From Candidatus Karelsulcia muelleri (GTDB lineage: Bacteria > Bacteroidota > Bacteroidia > Flavobacteriales > Blattabacteriaceae), in NCBI RefSeq assembly GCF_022985615.1, contig NZ_CP094965.1:30001-62000 (forward strand): a stretch of DNA of 32,000 nt, given 5' to 3'. Position 1 is the stretch's first letter. The number at the start of each line of letters is the position of its first letter. The notes under the pieces were generated by a model. It was given only the letters and a program-made list of their open reading frames with translations, had not been told where the DNA came from and did not search any database. This document shows positions 16,611 to 26,751 of the stretch, piece by piece. The translations under genes and the position numbers were made by a program.

Positions 16611-17702
16611 ATGAATATTGAATCTTTTATTGAACACGAAAAAATAAAAGGGGAATTATATAATCTTTGTAAATTTAATAGATTACCAACGGGTATTTTA
16701 CTTCTTGGCCCTGAAGGCTGTGGAAAGTTTAAATTAGGAATAAAATTTATAAAAAAGCTTTTAAAAATTGATATTTTAACACATCCAGATATATATTTTC
16801 TTTTTCCTTTACCGAATTTACCTAAAAGTAGTAAGTTAACAGATTATTTTTATAATAAATGGCATAATTTTTTAGTTAATCAACCTTATGGTAGTTTCTT
16901 AGATTGGAAAAAAAAAATACATTATGAAAATAAAGATTGCAAAATTTCCTTAGAGCAACTTGAAGAGGCTTTAAAAATGATAAATTTAAAATCTTATGAA
17001 CTTTCTCATAAGGTTGTAATATTTTGGATGTTAGAACACTTAAATATTAATGCAGCGAATAAATTATTAAATGTTTTAGATTCACCACCAAAGCAAGTTT
17101 TTTTTTTATTTATTGGAGAAAATGAAAACTTAATTTTACCAACTCTAAAATCTAGGTTACTTATAATAAAATTCCAACTAATTTATAATAAAAGTATTGA
17201 AAAATATTTAATTCTAAAGTTTAACTTATCTAAAAAACGAGCTCAAAATATAGTTTCTGTTTCAGAAGGTAATCTTAATACTATCTTTAAAATTTTAAAA
17301 AATAAAAAAAATACTTTAAATATTAATTTTTTAAATATTAATTTTATATTTTGGATGAGAATGTTATTCAATTTAAAAAATAAAATAGATTCATTATTGA
17401 TATGGAGTTCCCAAATTAATTCCTGGAATAGGGACAAAAAAAAAAGTTTTCTTTTGTTTTCTTTAGAGATTTTTAGAATTGCACATCGATATAAATATGA
17501 TAAAAATTACAGAAATCCATTTTTTAATTATAAAAATTTTAATTGGAAACAATTTTGTATATACATAAATACTAAAAAAGTCAGTATAATAAATTACTTA
17601 ATAAGTGATGTAATTAAAGGTATTGACAGATATTATTTCTTCTTATTTAATTTTTTATATTTGTCTTTTAATATTAATAAAATATTATTTAATAAACTAT
17701 GA
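16611..17702 (+). CDS. holB: DNA polymerase III delta-prime subunit (divergent)
   Basis: AAA+ clamp-loader-like N-terminus (LPTGILLLGPEGCGKFKLG, ..ANKLLNVLDSPP..FFLF...LPTLKSR). The C-terminal half is very divergent. Confidence 0.7.
   Translation: MNIESFIEHEKIKGELYNLCKFNRLPTGILLLGPEGCGKFKLGIKFIKKLLKIDILTHPDIYFLFPLPNLPKSSKLTDYFYNKWHNFLVNQPYGSFLDWKKKIHYENKDCKISLEQLEEALKMINLKSYELSHKVVIFWMLEHLNINAANKLLNVLDSPPKQVFFLFIGENENLILPTLKSRLLIIKFQLIYNKSIEKYLILKFNLSKKRAQNIVSVSEGNLNTIFKILKNKKNTLNINFLNINFIFWMRMLFNLKNKIDSLLIWSSQINSWNRDKKKSFLLFSLEIFRIAHRYKYDKNYRNPFFNYKNFNWKQFCIYINTKKVSIINYLISDVIKGIDRYYFFLFNFLYLSFNINKILFNKL
17316..17345. repeat. 15-bp x2 perfect in-frame duplication (LNINF x2) in holB
   Basis: ttaaatattaatttt occurs at 17316-17330 and 17331-17345. 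Confidence 0.9.
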
Positions 17703-19495
17703 GATTTATTAGAAATTTTTGTATTCTCGCTCATATTGATCATGGAAAAAGTACACTAGCAGATAGATTATTAGAGTATACTCATACTATATCGAGACAA
17801 AATATTTTAAAAAAAAATCAATATTTAGATAACCTTGAAATAGAAAGAAAAAGAGGAATAACAATTAAGAGTCATCCAATTCAAATGGAATACACTACTG
17901 AAAATAAAAAATATATTCTTAACTTAATAGATACACCAGGTCATGTAGATTTTTCATATGAAGTTGAAAGATCTATTTCAGCTTGTGAAGGAGTGTTATT
18001 ATTAGTTGATGCGACTAAAGGAATACAAGCACAAACTATTTCTAAAATTTCTTTAGCAGTAAGAAAACAAAAAATCATTATACCGATAATTAATAAAATT
18101 GATTTACCTACTATTAATATAGATAATCTAAAAAAAGAGATTATAAATTTATTAAAATGTAATTGGAAAGATATCCTGTGTATTAGTGCAAAAAAAGGGA
18201 CTGGTATAAAAAAGGTTCTATATAGTTTAATTAATAAAATACCTGCTCCTAATGGTAATAAAAATGAACCATTACAAGCCTTAATATTCGATTCAGTATA
18301 CAATTCTTTTCGTGGGGTACAAATATACTTTAGAATAATAAATGGTAAGATATATAAAGGACAGAAAATTAAATTTTTGTCTAACAATAAAAATTATTAT
18401 GCTAATGAAATTGGAGTATTTAAAAATACCAATATTTCTAAAAATATACTTTCAACTGGAAATGTTGGTTATTTAATACCTGGAATAAAAAATCCATCTG
18501 AAATTAAAATAGGAGATACATTAACGGATGCAGTAAATCCAAATTTTAAGTTAATTAAAGTATTTAAAAAAAAACAACCAAGGGTATATGCTGGAATATA
18601 TCCAAGTAAACCAAATCAGTATAAATCTTTAAAGAATTCTTTAGAAAAATTATATTTAAACGATTCTTCATTATTCTTTAGACCTGAAACTACTTCTACA
18701 TTTGGGTTAGGATTTAGATGTGGTTTTTTAGGTTCATTACACATGGAAATTATAAAAGAAAGATTAGAAAAAGAATATAATTTAAAAGTTATACTGACTA
18801 TACCTAATGTAAAATATAAAATTACTTTAAAAAATCACGAAGTAAAATTTATTACTTCACCGAGTACATTACCAGATAAGAAAAACATTTTGTTTTTTGA
18901 AGAACCCTATGTGATAACTAATATAATTACAAAATCTGAATTTATAGGTCCTGTTATAGAATTAGTCCTCAATAGAAGAGGGAAATTACTTTTTCAAAGA
19001 TATTTAACTGCAAATAAAATTGAATTACTCTTTGAATTACCTTTCTCTGAAATAATAATGGATTTTTATGATAAACTTAAGAGTATTTCTAAGGGATATG
19101 CTTCTTTTAATTATGAATCCATTAATTATAAAAAGTCTGATTTAGTAAAAATCAATATTCTAATAAATAGAAAATTAATTGATGCTTTTTCAATGCTAAT
19201 AGAAAGAAAAAAAGCATTGACTTTTGCTAAAAAAATATGTAATAATTTATCTAAATTAATTCCGAAAAAGCAGTTTGAAATTCCAATACAAGCCACAATA
19301 GAAAAAAAGGTTGTTTGTAGAATTAATATAAAACCTTTTCGAAAAGATGTAATATCCAAGTGTTATGGTGGAGATATTTCTAGAAAACGCAAGCTTTTGG
19401 AAAAACAAAAAATCGGAAAAAAAAAATTGAGAATAATTGGAAATCTTTCTTTACCTAAATCTACTTATATTTCTATTTTTAAAAAAGTAAATTAA
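17699..19495 (+). CDS. lepA: Elongation factor 4 (LepA)
   Basis: MRFIRNFCILAHIDHGKSTLADRLLE..., DTPGHVDF, NKIDL. 598 aa. ATGA overlap with the holB stop. Confidence 0.95.
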   Translation: MRFIRNFCILAHIDHGKSTLADRLLEYTHTISRQNILKKNQYLDNLEIERKRGITIKSHPIQMEYTTENKKYILNLIDTPGHVDFSYEVERSISACEGVLLLVDATKGIQAQTISKISLAVRKQKIIIPIINKIDLPTINIDNLKKEIINLLKCNWKDILCISAKKGTGIKKVLYSLINKIPAPNGNKNEPLQALIFDSVYNSFRGVQIYFRIINGKIYKGQKIKFLSNNKNYYANEIGVFKNTNISKNILSTGNVGYLIPGIKNPSEIKIGDTLTDAVNPNFKLIKVFKKKQPRVYAGIYPSKPNQYKSLKNSLEKLYLNDSSLFFRPETTSTFGLGFRCGFLGSLHMEIIKERLEKEYNLKVILTIPNVKYKITLKNHEVKFITSPSTLPDKKNILFFEEPYVITNIITKSEFIGPVIELVLNRRGKLLFQRYLTANKIELLFELPFSEIIMDFYDKLKSISKGYASFNYESINYKKSDLVKINILINRKLIDAFSMLIERKKALTFAKKICNNLSKLIPKKQFEIPIQATIEKKVVCRINIKPFRKDVISKCYGGDISRKRKLLEKQKIGKKKLRIIGNLSLPKSTYISIFKKVN

Positions 19496-19528
19496 AAAAA
19501 TTAATATTTAATATTTAAATTAAATATT

Positions 19529-19603
19529 TCCTCAGTAGCTCAGTTTGGTTAGAGCACCTGACTGTTAATCAGGGTGTCGTTGGTTCAAATCCAACCTGAG
19601 GAG
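19529..19603 (+). tRNA. tRNA-Asn (anticodon GUU), no encoded CCA
   Basis: tcctcag-ta-gctcagtttggttagagc-a-cctga-CTGTTAA-tcagg-gtgtc-gttgg-ttcaaat-ccaac-ctgagga-g. Confidence 0.9.
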
Positions 19604-19709
19604 TATAATACCTGGTATAATTAATACCTACCACCTAATACCTGGTACCTGGTACCTAATACCTGGTACCTGGTACCTAATACCTGGTACCTGGTACCTA
19701 ATACCTGGA
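19604..19709. repeat. 21-bp minisatellite (CCTAATACCTGGTACCTGGTA) x3.6 plus degenerate lead-in
   Basis: Perfect copies lie at 19634, 19655 and 19676, with a partial copy at 19697-19709. Degenerate copies (tataatacctggtataattaataccta) span 19604-19633. Each unit contains GGTACC palindromes. Confidence 0.95.
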
Positions 19710-22700
19710 ATATATTTTTTAATTGCTATGTAAACTTTTTTGTTATTTACATAACAATAGAAATTTATCTTTCTTTTATTTAAGATTACTTCTTTAACTA
19801 AAGCCTCAGTGCTTATATTTTTATAATATTTTTTTATAGTTATTAAAAACATCTCATCCTCACTGTTAATATACACGACTATTCTCTGAGTAACAGTAAA
19901 GCCTTTTTTCTTTCTCAAATTTTGAATTACTTTTATTAAATCTCTTAATAAGCCTTCTAAAATTAATTTCTTCGTGAGTTGTGAGTCTATTCCAACAATG
20001 AAATCTTGATTAATACTTAATTTCCAGAAGTTTTTGGGTTTGTAATCTATTATAAATTCTTTTATAGATAGCTTAAATCTTTTATTATTTATATTTATAT
20101 CTATATTTTCTTTTATTTCTAACTTATTCTTATTTGTTTTTATATAAGAATTTATCAAATTAATATCTCTTTTATATTTTTTTCCTAATAAATTATAATT
20201 AGGTTTTATATCAATTGTTGCTATCTTATTAAGATTTTGTTTTATTTTAATTTTATTTACATTAACTTCATTTTTAATTAAATTTAAGATATCTTTAGAT
20301 AATAAGATATTATTAGACTCTTTTTTAAGTAGAATAATTGCTTTGGTTAATTTTTGTCGAACTTTAAGATTATTTGTTTTTCTAAGAAATAATATTTTTG
20401 AAGTAATATTTTGTGCTAATTTCATTCTCTTTTCTAGAGATTTATCTACTAATTTCTTTCTATAAAGAGGAAATTTAACTAGATGTACACTTTCATAAGG
20501 TTCTTTTTTTTTTATATTGAGATTATTATAAAATTTTTCCATAAAAAATGGGGCAATAGGTGAAGAGATTTTAAATATAGTAATTAAACAAGTATAAAGG
20601 GTTTTATAAGCGTTAATCTTATCTTCATTATAATCATTTTTCCAGAACTTTCTTCTAGAAAGCCTAATATACCAATTACTTAAATCAAAAATTACAAATT
20701 TTTCTATTTTTTTTGCTACTTTAAAAATGTTATATTTTTTATAATAGATTGATATATCTTTTATTAAAGTATTTAATTTAGAAATTATCCATTTTTCTAA
20801 TAACTTTAGATTTTCTATTTTAAGTTCTATTTCATTGGGGAAAAAATTATCTATATTTGCATATAAAGCAAAGAAAGAATATGAATTAAATAAAGTACCA
20901 AAAAACTTTTTTGTTACCTTTTTTATTCCTTTTTCATCAAATTTAATATTTTCCCAGGATTTAGAATTAGAGATTAGATACCATCTAATAGGATCAGAAC
21001 CATATTTTTTTAATAGTTTTATTGGATCAATTGTATTTCCCTGATTTTTAGACATTTTTTTACCTAATTTATCTAAAATTAAACCATTGGAAATGGCCGT
21101 TTTAAATGCAATAGAATTCGAAATTAGAGTAGAAAGAATATGCAAAGTAAAAAACCACCCTCTAGTTTGATCTACACCTTCACAAATAAAGTCAGCTGGA
21201 ATATTTATTTTATTTTCTATTAATTTTCTATTCTCAAAAGGATAATGTAGTTGTGCATAAGGCATTGCCCCGGAATCAAACCAAACATCCACAATTTCGG
21301 GTTCTCTTTTTAGTGGTATTTTTTTTTTAGAGACTAAGATAACTTTATCTAAAGTATGTTTATGAAGATCTATTTTTGAATAATTTTTTCTTTTCATATT
21401 TCCAATTCTAAAATCTTCAAATGGATTTTTTTTCATATATCCAGCATCAATTGATTTCTCTATTTCCTTAATTAATTCTTCAATTGAGCCTATTATTTTT
21501 TCTTCTTTATTTGCAGTTGAACGCCAAATTGGTAATGGAATTCCCCAATATCTACTTCTAGAAATATTCCAATCTTTTAAATTTTTTAACCAATTTTCGA
21601 ATCGTTTAATCCCTGTACTTTTTGGTATCCAATTAATTAATTTATTTAATTTAATTAATTTGTTTTTATATTTGCTGGTTTTAATAAACCAAGAACTTAT
21701 TGGATAATATAATATTGGGGCTTTAGTTCTCCAACAATGTGGATAAGAATGGATATGCTTGCCAATTAGAAAAATTTTCTCTTCTTTTTTTAAATATAAA
21801 GCGATTTTAAAATCAGTTGATAAATCGTTTGATAATGATTTTTCTTTATTATTTTCATATTCTTTTTTAATAAATTTTCCACTAAATAGTGGATGTAAAT
21901 TTTTTATAAATTTACCTTTATTATCTACTAAAGGGATTAAAGTATTTTTTTTCCCCTTTATCATCATCATAGGAATTTTGTTTTTTTTAGCCAATTCAAA
22001 ATCTTTTTCACCAAAACACGGAGCAATATGCACAACTCCTGTCCCTTCTGATTCACTGACGAAATCTCCATCTATGTCTCCATCTATGATTTTAAAAGCT
22101 TTTTCACAACCTTCATAAGGTTTTTTCCAAGTAATAAGTTGCTCATACTTTGTATCCAAAAGTACTTTCCCCTTAAAGGTTTTAATAATTTTATATGGAA
22201 TTTTATTATTCTTTTTTTTAAATAAAGTAATTTTTTTCTTTCTATTTCTTAGAAAAAAAAAGCCACTATCTAAAGTTTTAGATATTGTTTTCTTAGAAAG
22301 AATTATATTTATTTTTTTTAATGTATAAGGATTATAAGTATTTATTAAAACATATTCTATATTTCTTCTTATTGCTAATGCAGTATTAGATGGTAGTGTC
22401 CAAGGTGTAGTCGTCCATGATAATATATATATATCATCTTTAATATCATCAAATTTACAAGATAGAGTGTTTTTCTTAATTTGGAATTGAGCTATTACTG
22501 TAGTATCTGTTCTGTTTTTATAACAACCTGGGTAATTTAATTCATGTGTACTTAAACCAGTTCCAGCAATTGGAGAATAAGGTTGAATTTTAAAATCTTT
22601 ATAAAGATTATTTTGATTATATATTTTTTTTAATAACCACCATACTGTTTCTATATATTTTGTATCATAAGTAAAATATGCCTTTTTGAAGTCTAACCAA

Positions 22701-23122
22701 TAACCAATTTTCTTACTAATTTCATTCCATTTTTTAACATTTTTGTTTACCAGACTTTTACATTTTTTATTAAATGTTTTTATTCCAATTTTTTTTTTAA
22801 TATCGTTTTTTGATATCCCCATTTTCTTTTCTACTACTAATTCTACTGGCAACCCATGAGTATCCCAACCGGCTATTCTATTTACTTTATTATTGTTTAA
22901 TGTAAAATATCTACAGAATATATCTTTAATAGTTCTAGAAAATAAATGATGTAAACCTGGTTTACCATTTATTGATGGTGGTCCCTCATAAAATACAATA
23001 TTCTTTTTATAATTTTTGGATAAACATTTTTTAAAGATTTTTTTTTCTTTCCAAAATTTTTTTATTTCGTTTGAAATTTCATACATTTTTAACTTATTGT
23101 ATTCTCTGAATATTTTTGCCAT
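19628..23122 (-). CDS. ileS: Isoleucine--tRNA ligase with a repeat-encoded C-terminal extension
   Basis: 1164-aa ORF with PPSINGKPGLHHLFSRTIKD (HIGH region) and KMSKNQGN (KMSKS). The last 27 aa (PGIRYQV x3 + PGIRW) are translated from the 21-bp array. Confidence 0.95.
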   Translation of the reverse strand: MAKIFREYNKLKMYEISNEIKKFWKEKKIFKKCLSKNYKKNIVFYEGPPSINGKPGLHHLFSRTIKDIFCRYFTLNNNKVNRIAGWDTHGLPVELVVEKKMGISKNDIKKKIGIKTFNKKCKSLVNKNVKKWNEISKKIGYWLDFKKAYFTYDTKYIETVWWLLKKIYNQNNLYKDFKIQPYSPIAGTGLSTHELNYPGCYKNRTDTTVIAQFQIKKNTLSCKFDDIKDDIYILSWTTTPWTLPSNTALAIRRNIEYVLINTYNPYTLKKINIILSKKTISKTLDSGFFFLRNRKKKITLFKKKNNKIPYKIIKTFKGKVLLDTKYEQLITWKKPYEGCEKAFKIIDGDIDGDFVSESEGTGVVHIAPCFGEKDFELAKKNKIPMMMIKGKKNTLIPLVDNKGKFIKNLHPLFSGKFIKKEYENNKEKSLSNDLSTDFKIALYLKKEEKIFLIGKHIHSYPHCWRTKAPILYYPISSWFIKTSKYKNKLIKLNKLINWIPKSTGIKRFENWLKNLKDWNISRSRYWGIPLPIWRSTANKEEKIIGSIEELIKEIEKSIDAGYMKKNPFEDFRIGNMKRKNYSKIDLHKHTLDKVILVSKKKIPLKREPEIVDVWFDSGAMPYAQLHYPFENRKLIENKINIPADFICEGVDQTRGWFFTLHILSTLISNSIAFKTAISNGLILDKLGKKMSKNQGNTIDPIKLLKKYGSDPIRWYLISNSKSWENIKFDEKGIKKVTKKFFGTLFNSYSFFALYANIDNFFPNEIELKIENLKLLEKWIISKLNTLIKDISIYYKKYNIFKVAKKIEKFVIFDLSNWYIRLSRRKFWKNDYNEDKINAYKTLYTCLITIFKISSPIAPFFMEKFYNNLNIKKKEPYESVHLVKFPLYRKKLVDKSLEKRMKLAQNITSKILFLRKTNNLKVRQKLTKAIILLKKESNNILLSKDILNLIKNEVNVNKIKIKQNLNKIATIDIKPNYNLLGKKYKRDINLINSYIKTNKNKLEIKENIDININNKRFKLSIKEFIIDYKPKNFWKLSINQDFIVGIDSQLTKKLILEGLLRDLIKVIQNLRKKKGFTVTQRIVVYINSEDEMFLITIKKYYKNISTEALVKEVILNKRKINFYCYVNNKKVYIAIKKYIPGIRYQVPGIRYQVPGIRYQVPGIRW
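22065..22088. repeat. 12-bp x2 perfect in-frame duplication (IDGD x2) in ileS
   Basis: tctccatctatg occurs at 22065-22076 and 22077-22088. Confidence 0.9.
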
Positions 23123-23139
23123 TTTTTATTTTTATTTAT

Positions 23140-23835
23140 ATATTCTTCTTATTCTAAGTCTAAGTCTTCTAAGTCTGTCTTCTAAGTCTGTCTTCTAAGT
23201 CTAAGTCTTCTAAGTCTGTCTTCTAAGTCTAAGTCTAAGTCTTCTAAGTCTGTCTTCTAAGTCTGTCTTCTAAGTCTGTCTTCTAAGTCTTCTAAGTCTG
23301 TCTCTGTCTTCTACTTACTTATTCTACTTTCTACTTTACTTTCTACTTACTTACTTATTCTACTTACTTATTCTACTTACTTATTCTACTTACTTATTCT
23401 ACTTACTTATCTTATCTTATTCTACTTACTTATTCTACTTTACTTTCTATTCTACTTACTTACTTACTTATGTTTGTACTTTACTTTGTACTTGTACTTG
23501 TACTTACGTCTAGACTAAGATAATTAAAGAAAGATAAAGATAATTAGAAGTAGAATTAGAATTCTTATAATTATTAGAATTATTAGAATTCTTATAATTA
23601 TTATAATTAATTATTAGAATTATTATAATAATTAATTAATTAATTAATTAATTAATTAATTAATTAGGAATTAGGAATTAGGAATTAGGAATTAGGAATT
23701 AGTTTTTTTCCTTTAGTTTAGTTTAGTTTAGTTTAGTTTAGTTTAGTTTAGTTTAGTTTAGTTTAGTTTAGTTTAGTTTAGTTTAGTTTAGTTTAGTTTA
23801 GTTGAAACAAACAAAACAAAACAAAACAAAAAAAT
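23140..23835. repeat. About 700-bp spacer built from at least eight abutting tandem arrays
   Basis: In order: the TCTAAGTC/TGTCT family (about 23152-23310); the TTCTACTTACTTA 13-mer family (about 23306-23470); GTACTT (about 23474-23506); the ATTAGAATT/CTTATAATT family (about 23545-23625); (AATT)3+6 (23629-23665); (AGGAATT)5 (23666-23700); (TTTAG)18 (23712-23801); (AAAAC)n (about 23805-23827). Confidence 0.95.
23712..23801. repeat. (TTTAG)18 perfect pentamer array
   Basis: 18 uninterrupted tttag units, ending 42 bp before the grpE ATG. Confidence 0.95.
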
Positions 23836-23843
23836 AGAAACAA

Positions 23844-24428
23844 ATGCAAATGAATAACAAGAATCATCAAATTAAAAAGAACAACAAAAAAAAATCACTT
23901 TTATTAAAACTAATTAAATATATTGAACATAGTAATATTAAAAACAAAGAAAAAATCATAAAATTAATGTTAAACTTTAATAATTATAAAAAAAAGAAAA
24001 TTAATAAATTAATAGGAATTCTTGCTGAATTTGAAAATTATAAAAAACGTATAGAAAAAAACAAAAAGCTAATAATAGAAAATGCTAATAAAAACTTATT
24101 ATTAGAATTGCTAAGTTTAGCAGAGGATTTTAATAGATGCTTTAATAGCAAGAAAGAGAAAGATAGCAAGAAAGAGAAAGATAGCAAGAAAGATAAGGAA
24201 GGAATAAAAATAATAAATAGAAAATTATGGAACCTTTTAAAAAAAGAAGGGATAAAAAAAATCAAATCGAAAAAAGGAGATGTTTTTAATACAGATATTC
24301 ATGAAGCCGTATCAATACAAACTATAAAAAAAACTGAATTGAAAGGAAAAATATTACACATAATAGAATCAGGATATAGTTTTAAAAACAAAATAATTAA
24401 ATATACTAAAGTAATTGTAGGAAAATAA
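23844..24428 (+). CDS. grpE: Nucleotide exchange factor GrpE
   Basis: ...LAEFENYKKRIEKNKKLIIENANKNLLLELLSLAEDFNRC... and the C-terminal ...FNTDIHEAVSIQ...GYSFKNKIIKYTKVIVGK are collinear with GrpE. It lies immediately upstream of dnaJ. Confidence 0.9.
   Translation: MQMNNKNHQIKKNNKKKSLLLKLIKYIEHSNIKNKEKIIKLMLNFNNYKKKKINKLIGILAEFENYKKRIEKNKKLIIENANKNLLLELLSLAEDFNRCFNSKKEKDSKKEKDSKKDKEGIKIINRKLWNLLKKEGIKKIKSKKGDVFNTDIHEAVSIQTIKKTELKGKILHIIESGYSFKNKIIKYTKVIVGK
24147..24195. repeat. 18-bp x2.7 in-frame tandem repeat (SKKEKD SKKEKD SKKDKE) in grpE
   Basis: agcaagaaagagaaagat occurs at 24147-24164 and 24165-24182, with a partial third copy. Confidence 0.9.
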
Positions 24429-24436
24429 AAAAATAA

Positions 24437-25525
24437 ATGAATAAAAAAGATTATTATGAAATACTTGGAGTAAATAGAGATGCAACTCTTGATCAAATAA
24501 AAAGAGCATACAGAAAATTAGCATTAAAATATCATCCAGATAAAAATAGAGAAAATAAAAAAGAGGCTGAAGAAAAATTCAAAGAAGCTGCAGAAGCTTA
24601 TAATGTATTAAGTGATAAAAATAAGAGAAATACATACGATCAATATGGACATCATCAAGAATATCATAATAAAAGTAATAATATAAATATAGAAGATATA
24701 TTATCTAATTTTGGAGATATATTTAATGATACATTAGGTGGTGGTTTCACAGAATTTGAAGAAGAAAATCCTGAAAATAGGAATAGAGGAGAAGACTTAA
24801 GAATTAAAATTAAATTAGATTTATGGGAAATTTATAAAGGCGTAAAAACAAAAGTAAAAGTTAAACGACTTAAATTTTACAAAAATTTAAACTTTAAAAG
24901 TTGTGATTATTGTGAAGGAACAGGCAATATTAATAAATATACTAGTACTTTTTTAGGTAGAATACAAACTAGTATAACTTGTAATCAATGTTTAGGGTTA
25001 GGTAAAATAATAAAAAATACTCCACTAGGCGTAAATAATCAAGGTCTAAAGAAAGTTGAAGAATTAATAAATATTAAAATTCCAGCTGGTGCAAGGAATA
25101 AAATGCACCTGAGAATATTAGGTAAAGGGAACGATCCAGTTTTTGGTATTGGTGTACCAGGTGATTTAATTGTTATAGTAGAAGAAATACCACATAAAAA
25201 CTTAAATAGAGATGGGGATAATTTATCATATGATTTGTATTTATCAATCCCCAAAGCAATATTAGGAACATTTGAATATATCCCTACAATAACTGGGAAA
25301 GCCAGAGTGAAAATAGAACCAGGAATTCAACCAGGAAAAATTTTAAGATTAAAAGGAAAAGGACTACCAAAAATAAAAGGATTTGGAAGAGGAGACTTAT
25401 TTGTCAATATAAATATTTGGATTCCTAAAAAAATAAATAGTGAACAACGACTTTTTTTAAAACAAATTAAAAATGATCCTAATTTTATACCAAAAACTAA
25501 AAATAATAAAGAGTATTTTTTTTGA
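24437..25525 (+). CDS. dnaJ: Chaperone DnaJ with a reduced Cys-rich domain
   Basis: It has the J domain (DYYEILGV...[13 protein letters not shown]) and C-terminal substrate-binding domains. Only two CxxCxGxG motifs remain ([16 protein letters not shown]). Confidence 0.9.
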   Translation: MNKKDYYEILGVNRDATLDQIKRAYRKLALKYHPDKNRENKKEAEEKFKEAAEAYNVLSDKNKRNTYDQYGHHQEYHNKSNNINIEDILSNFGDIFNDTLGGGFTEFEEENPENRNRGEDLRIKIKLDLWEIYKGVKTKVKVKRLKFYKNLNFKSCDYCEGTGNINKYTSTFLGRIQTSITCNQCLGLGKIIKNTPLGVNNQGLKKVEELINIKIPAGARNKMHLRILGKGNDPVFGIGVPGDLIVIVEEIPHKNLNRDGDNLSYDLYLSIPKAILGTFEYIPTITGKARVKIEPGIQPGKILRLKGKGLPKIKGFGRGDLFVNINIWIPKKINSEQRLFLKQIKNDPNFIPKTKNNKEYFF

Positions 25526-25578
25526 GTAAAACGAGTAAAATAAAAGAAAAAATAAATGTTAAAGATTAAATATTAAAT

Positions 25579-26751
25579 ATGAAAAGAGTAATTGTTGGTT
25601 TATCTGGAGGCGTTGATTCAAGTGTTGCAGCCTTAATATTAAAGAAAAAGGGATACGAAGTAATAGGAATATATCTTAATTATAAAAATTCTTTCTGTGA
25701 TTGGGAAGAAGAAAGTATATCAGCTCTTATGGTATCTCAACAGCTTGGGATACCATTTTATATATTTGATATAACTAATTATTATAAAAAACTAATTTTT
25801 GATTATACAATTAATGAATATATTGGTGGGAAAACCCCTAACCCCGATGTTTTATGTAATAATAAAATAAAATTCAATATTTTTATAAAAAAATCAGTAA
25901 TTTTAAAAGCAGATTATATTGCTACGGGTCATTACGTAAGAAAAAAAAAAACATGTATAGCCGGAAAAACCATTTATAAACTATTTACTGCTTTAGATAA
26001 TAAAAAAGATCAATCTTATTTTTTATGTAATTTAAATCAAAATCAAATAAAAAAATCATTATTTCCACTTGGCAAACTTAATAAAGAAAAGGTTAGAAAA
26101 ATAGCCGAATATGCTAAATTAATTAATGCTAAAAGAAAAGATTCTCAAGGAATTTGTTTTTTAGGAAAAATTAATTTGGCTACAGTTATTAATAAAAAAA
26201 TAAATAATAAATTAGGAAAAATTATAATTATAAATAAAAAATGTAAAGTTTATAAAAAAAAGATATTATATGGTTTATCTACTATTGAAAAATTATATAT
26301 TTTATCACAAAAAATAAAATATAGACCTAAATACGGAAAAATAATAGGCTATCATAAAGGTGTATATTATTTTACAAAAGGACAAAGAAAGGGTCTCAAA
26401 ATTGGAGGCTTAAGTAAACCAATATTTGTTATAGAGAAAGATTTAAAACAAAATATATTATATGTCGGACTAGGGAATAACCATCCTGGCTTATTTAATT
26501 CAGTAATTTTTATAAAAAAAGAAAATATTAATTGGATTTATAAAAAATATAAAAATTTAGTTGATAAAAACAATCCTTTTAAAGTAAAAACTAAGATACG
26601 ATCAAGACAAAGCTTTCAAATGGCAAGTTTATATAATATTAAACAAGGGATATATATTTATTTTCATTCACCTCAACGAGCACTAACAGAAGGACAATAT
26701 ATAGTATTGTATTTTAGAAATGAATTAATTTGTTCTTGCTTGTATAGTTGA
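25579..26751 (+). CDS. mnmA: tRNA 2-thiouridine(34) synthase MnmA
   Basis: PP-loop MKRVIVGLSGGVDSSVAA and the catalytic Cys contexts PNPDVLCNNKIKF and DSQGICFLG. Confidence 0.95.
   Translation: MKRVIVGLSGGVDSSVAALILKKKGYEVIGIYLNYKNSFCDWEEESISALMVSQQLGIPFYIFDITNYYKKLIFDYTINEYIGGKTPNPDVLCNNKIKFNIFIKKSVILKADYIATGHYVRKKKTCIAGKTIYKLFTALDNKKDQSYFLCNLNQNQIKKSLFPLGKLNKEKVRKIAEYAKLINAKRKDSQGICFLGKINLATVINKKINNKLGKIIIINKKCKVYKKKILYGLSTIEKLYILSQKIKYRPKYGKIIGYHKGVYYFTKGQRKGLKIGGLSKPIFVIEKDLKQNILYVGLGNNHPGLFNSVIFIKKENINWIYKKYKNLVDKNNPFKVKTKIRSRQSFQMASLYNIKQGIYIYFHSPQRALTEGQYIVLYFRNELICSCLYS

Noticed and set aside
23123-23843. The repeat-rich ileS/grpE spacer as a replication origin
   Set aside because: I could find no DnaA-box-like 9-mers (TTATCCACA or its complement). 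There is no dnaA or dnaN nearby, and the AT-rich repeats are not distinctive in a genome this AT-rich.
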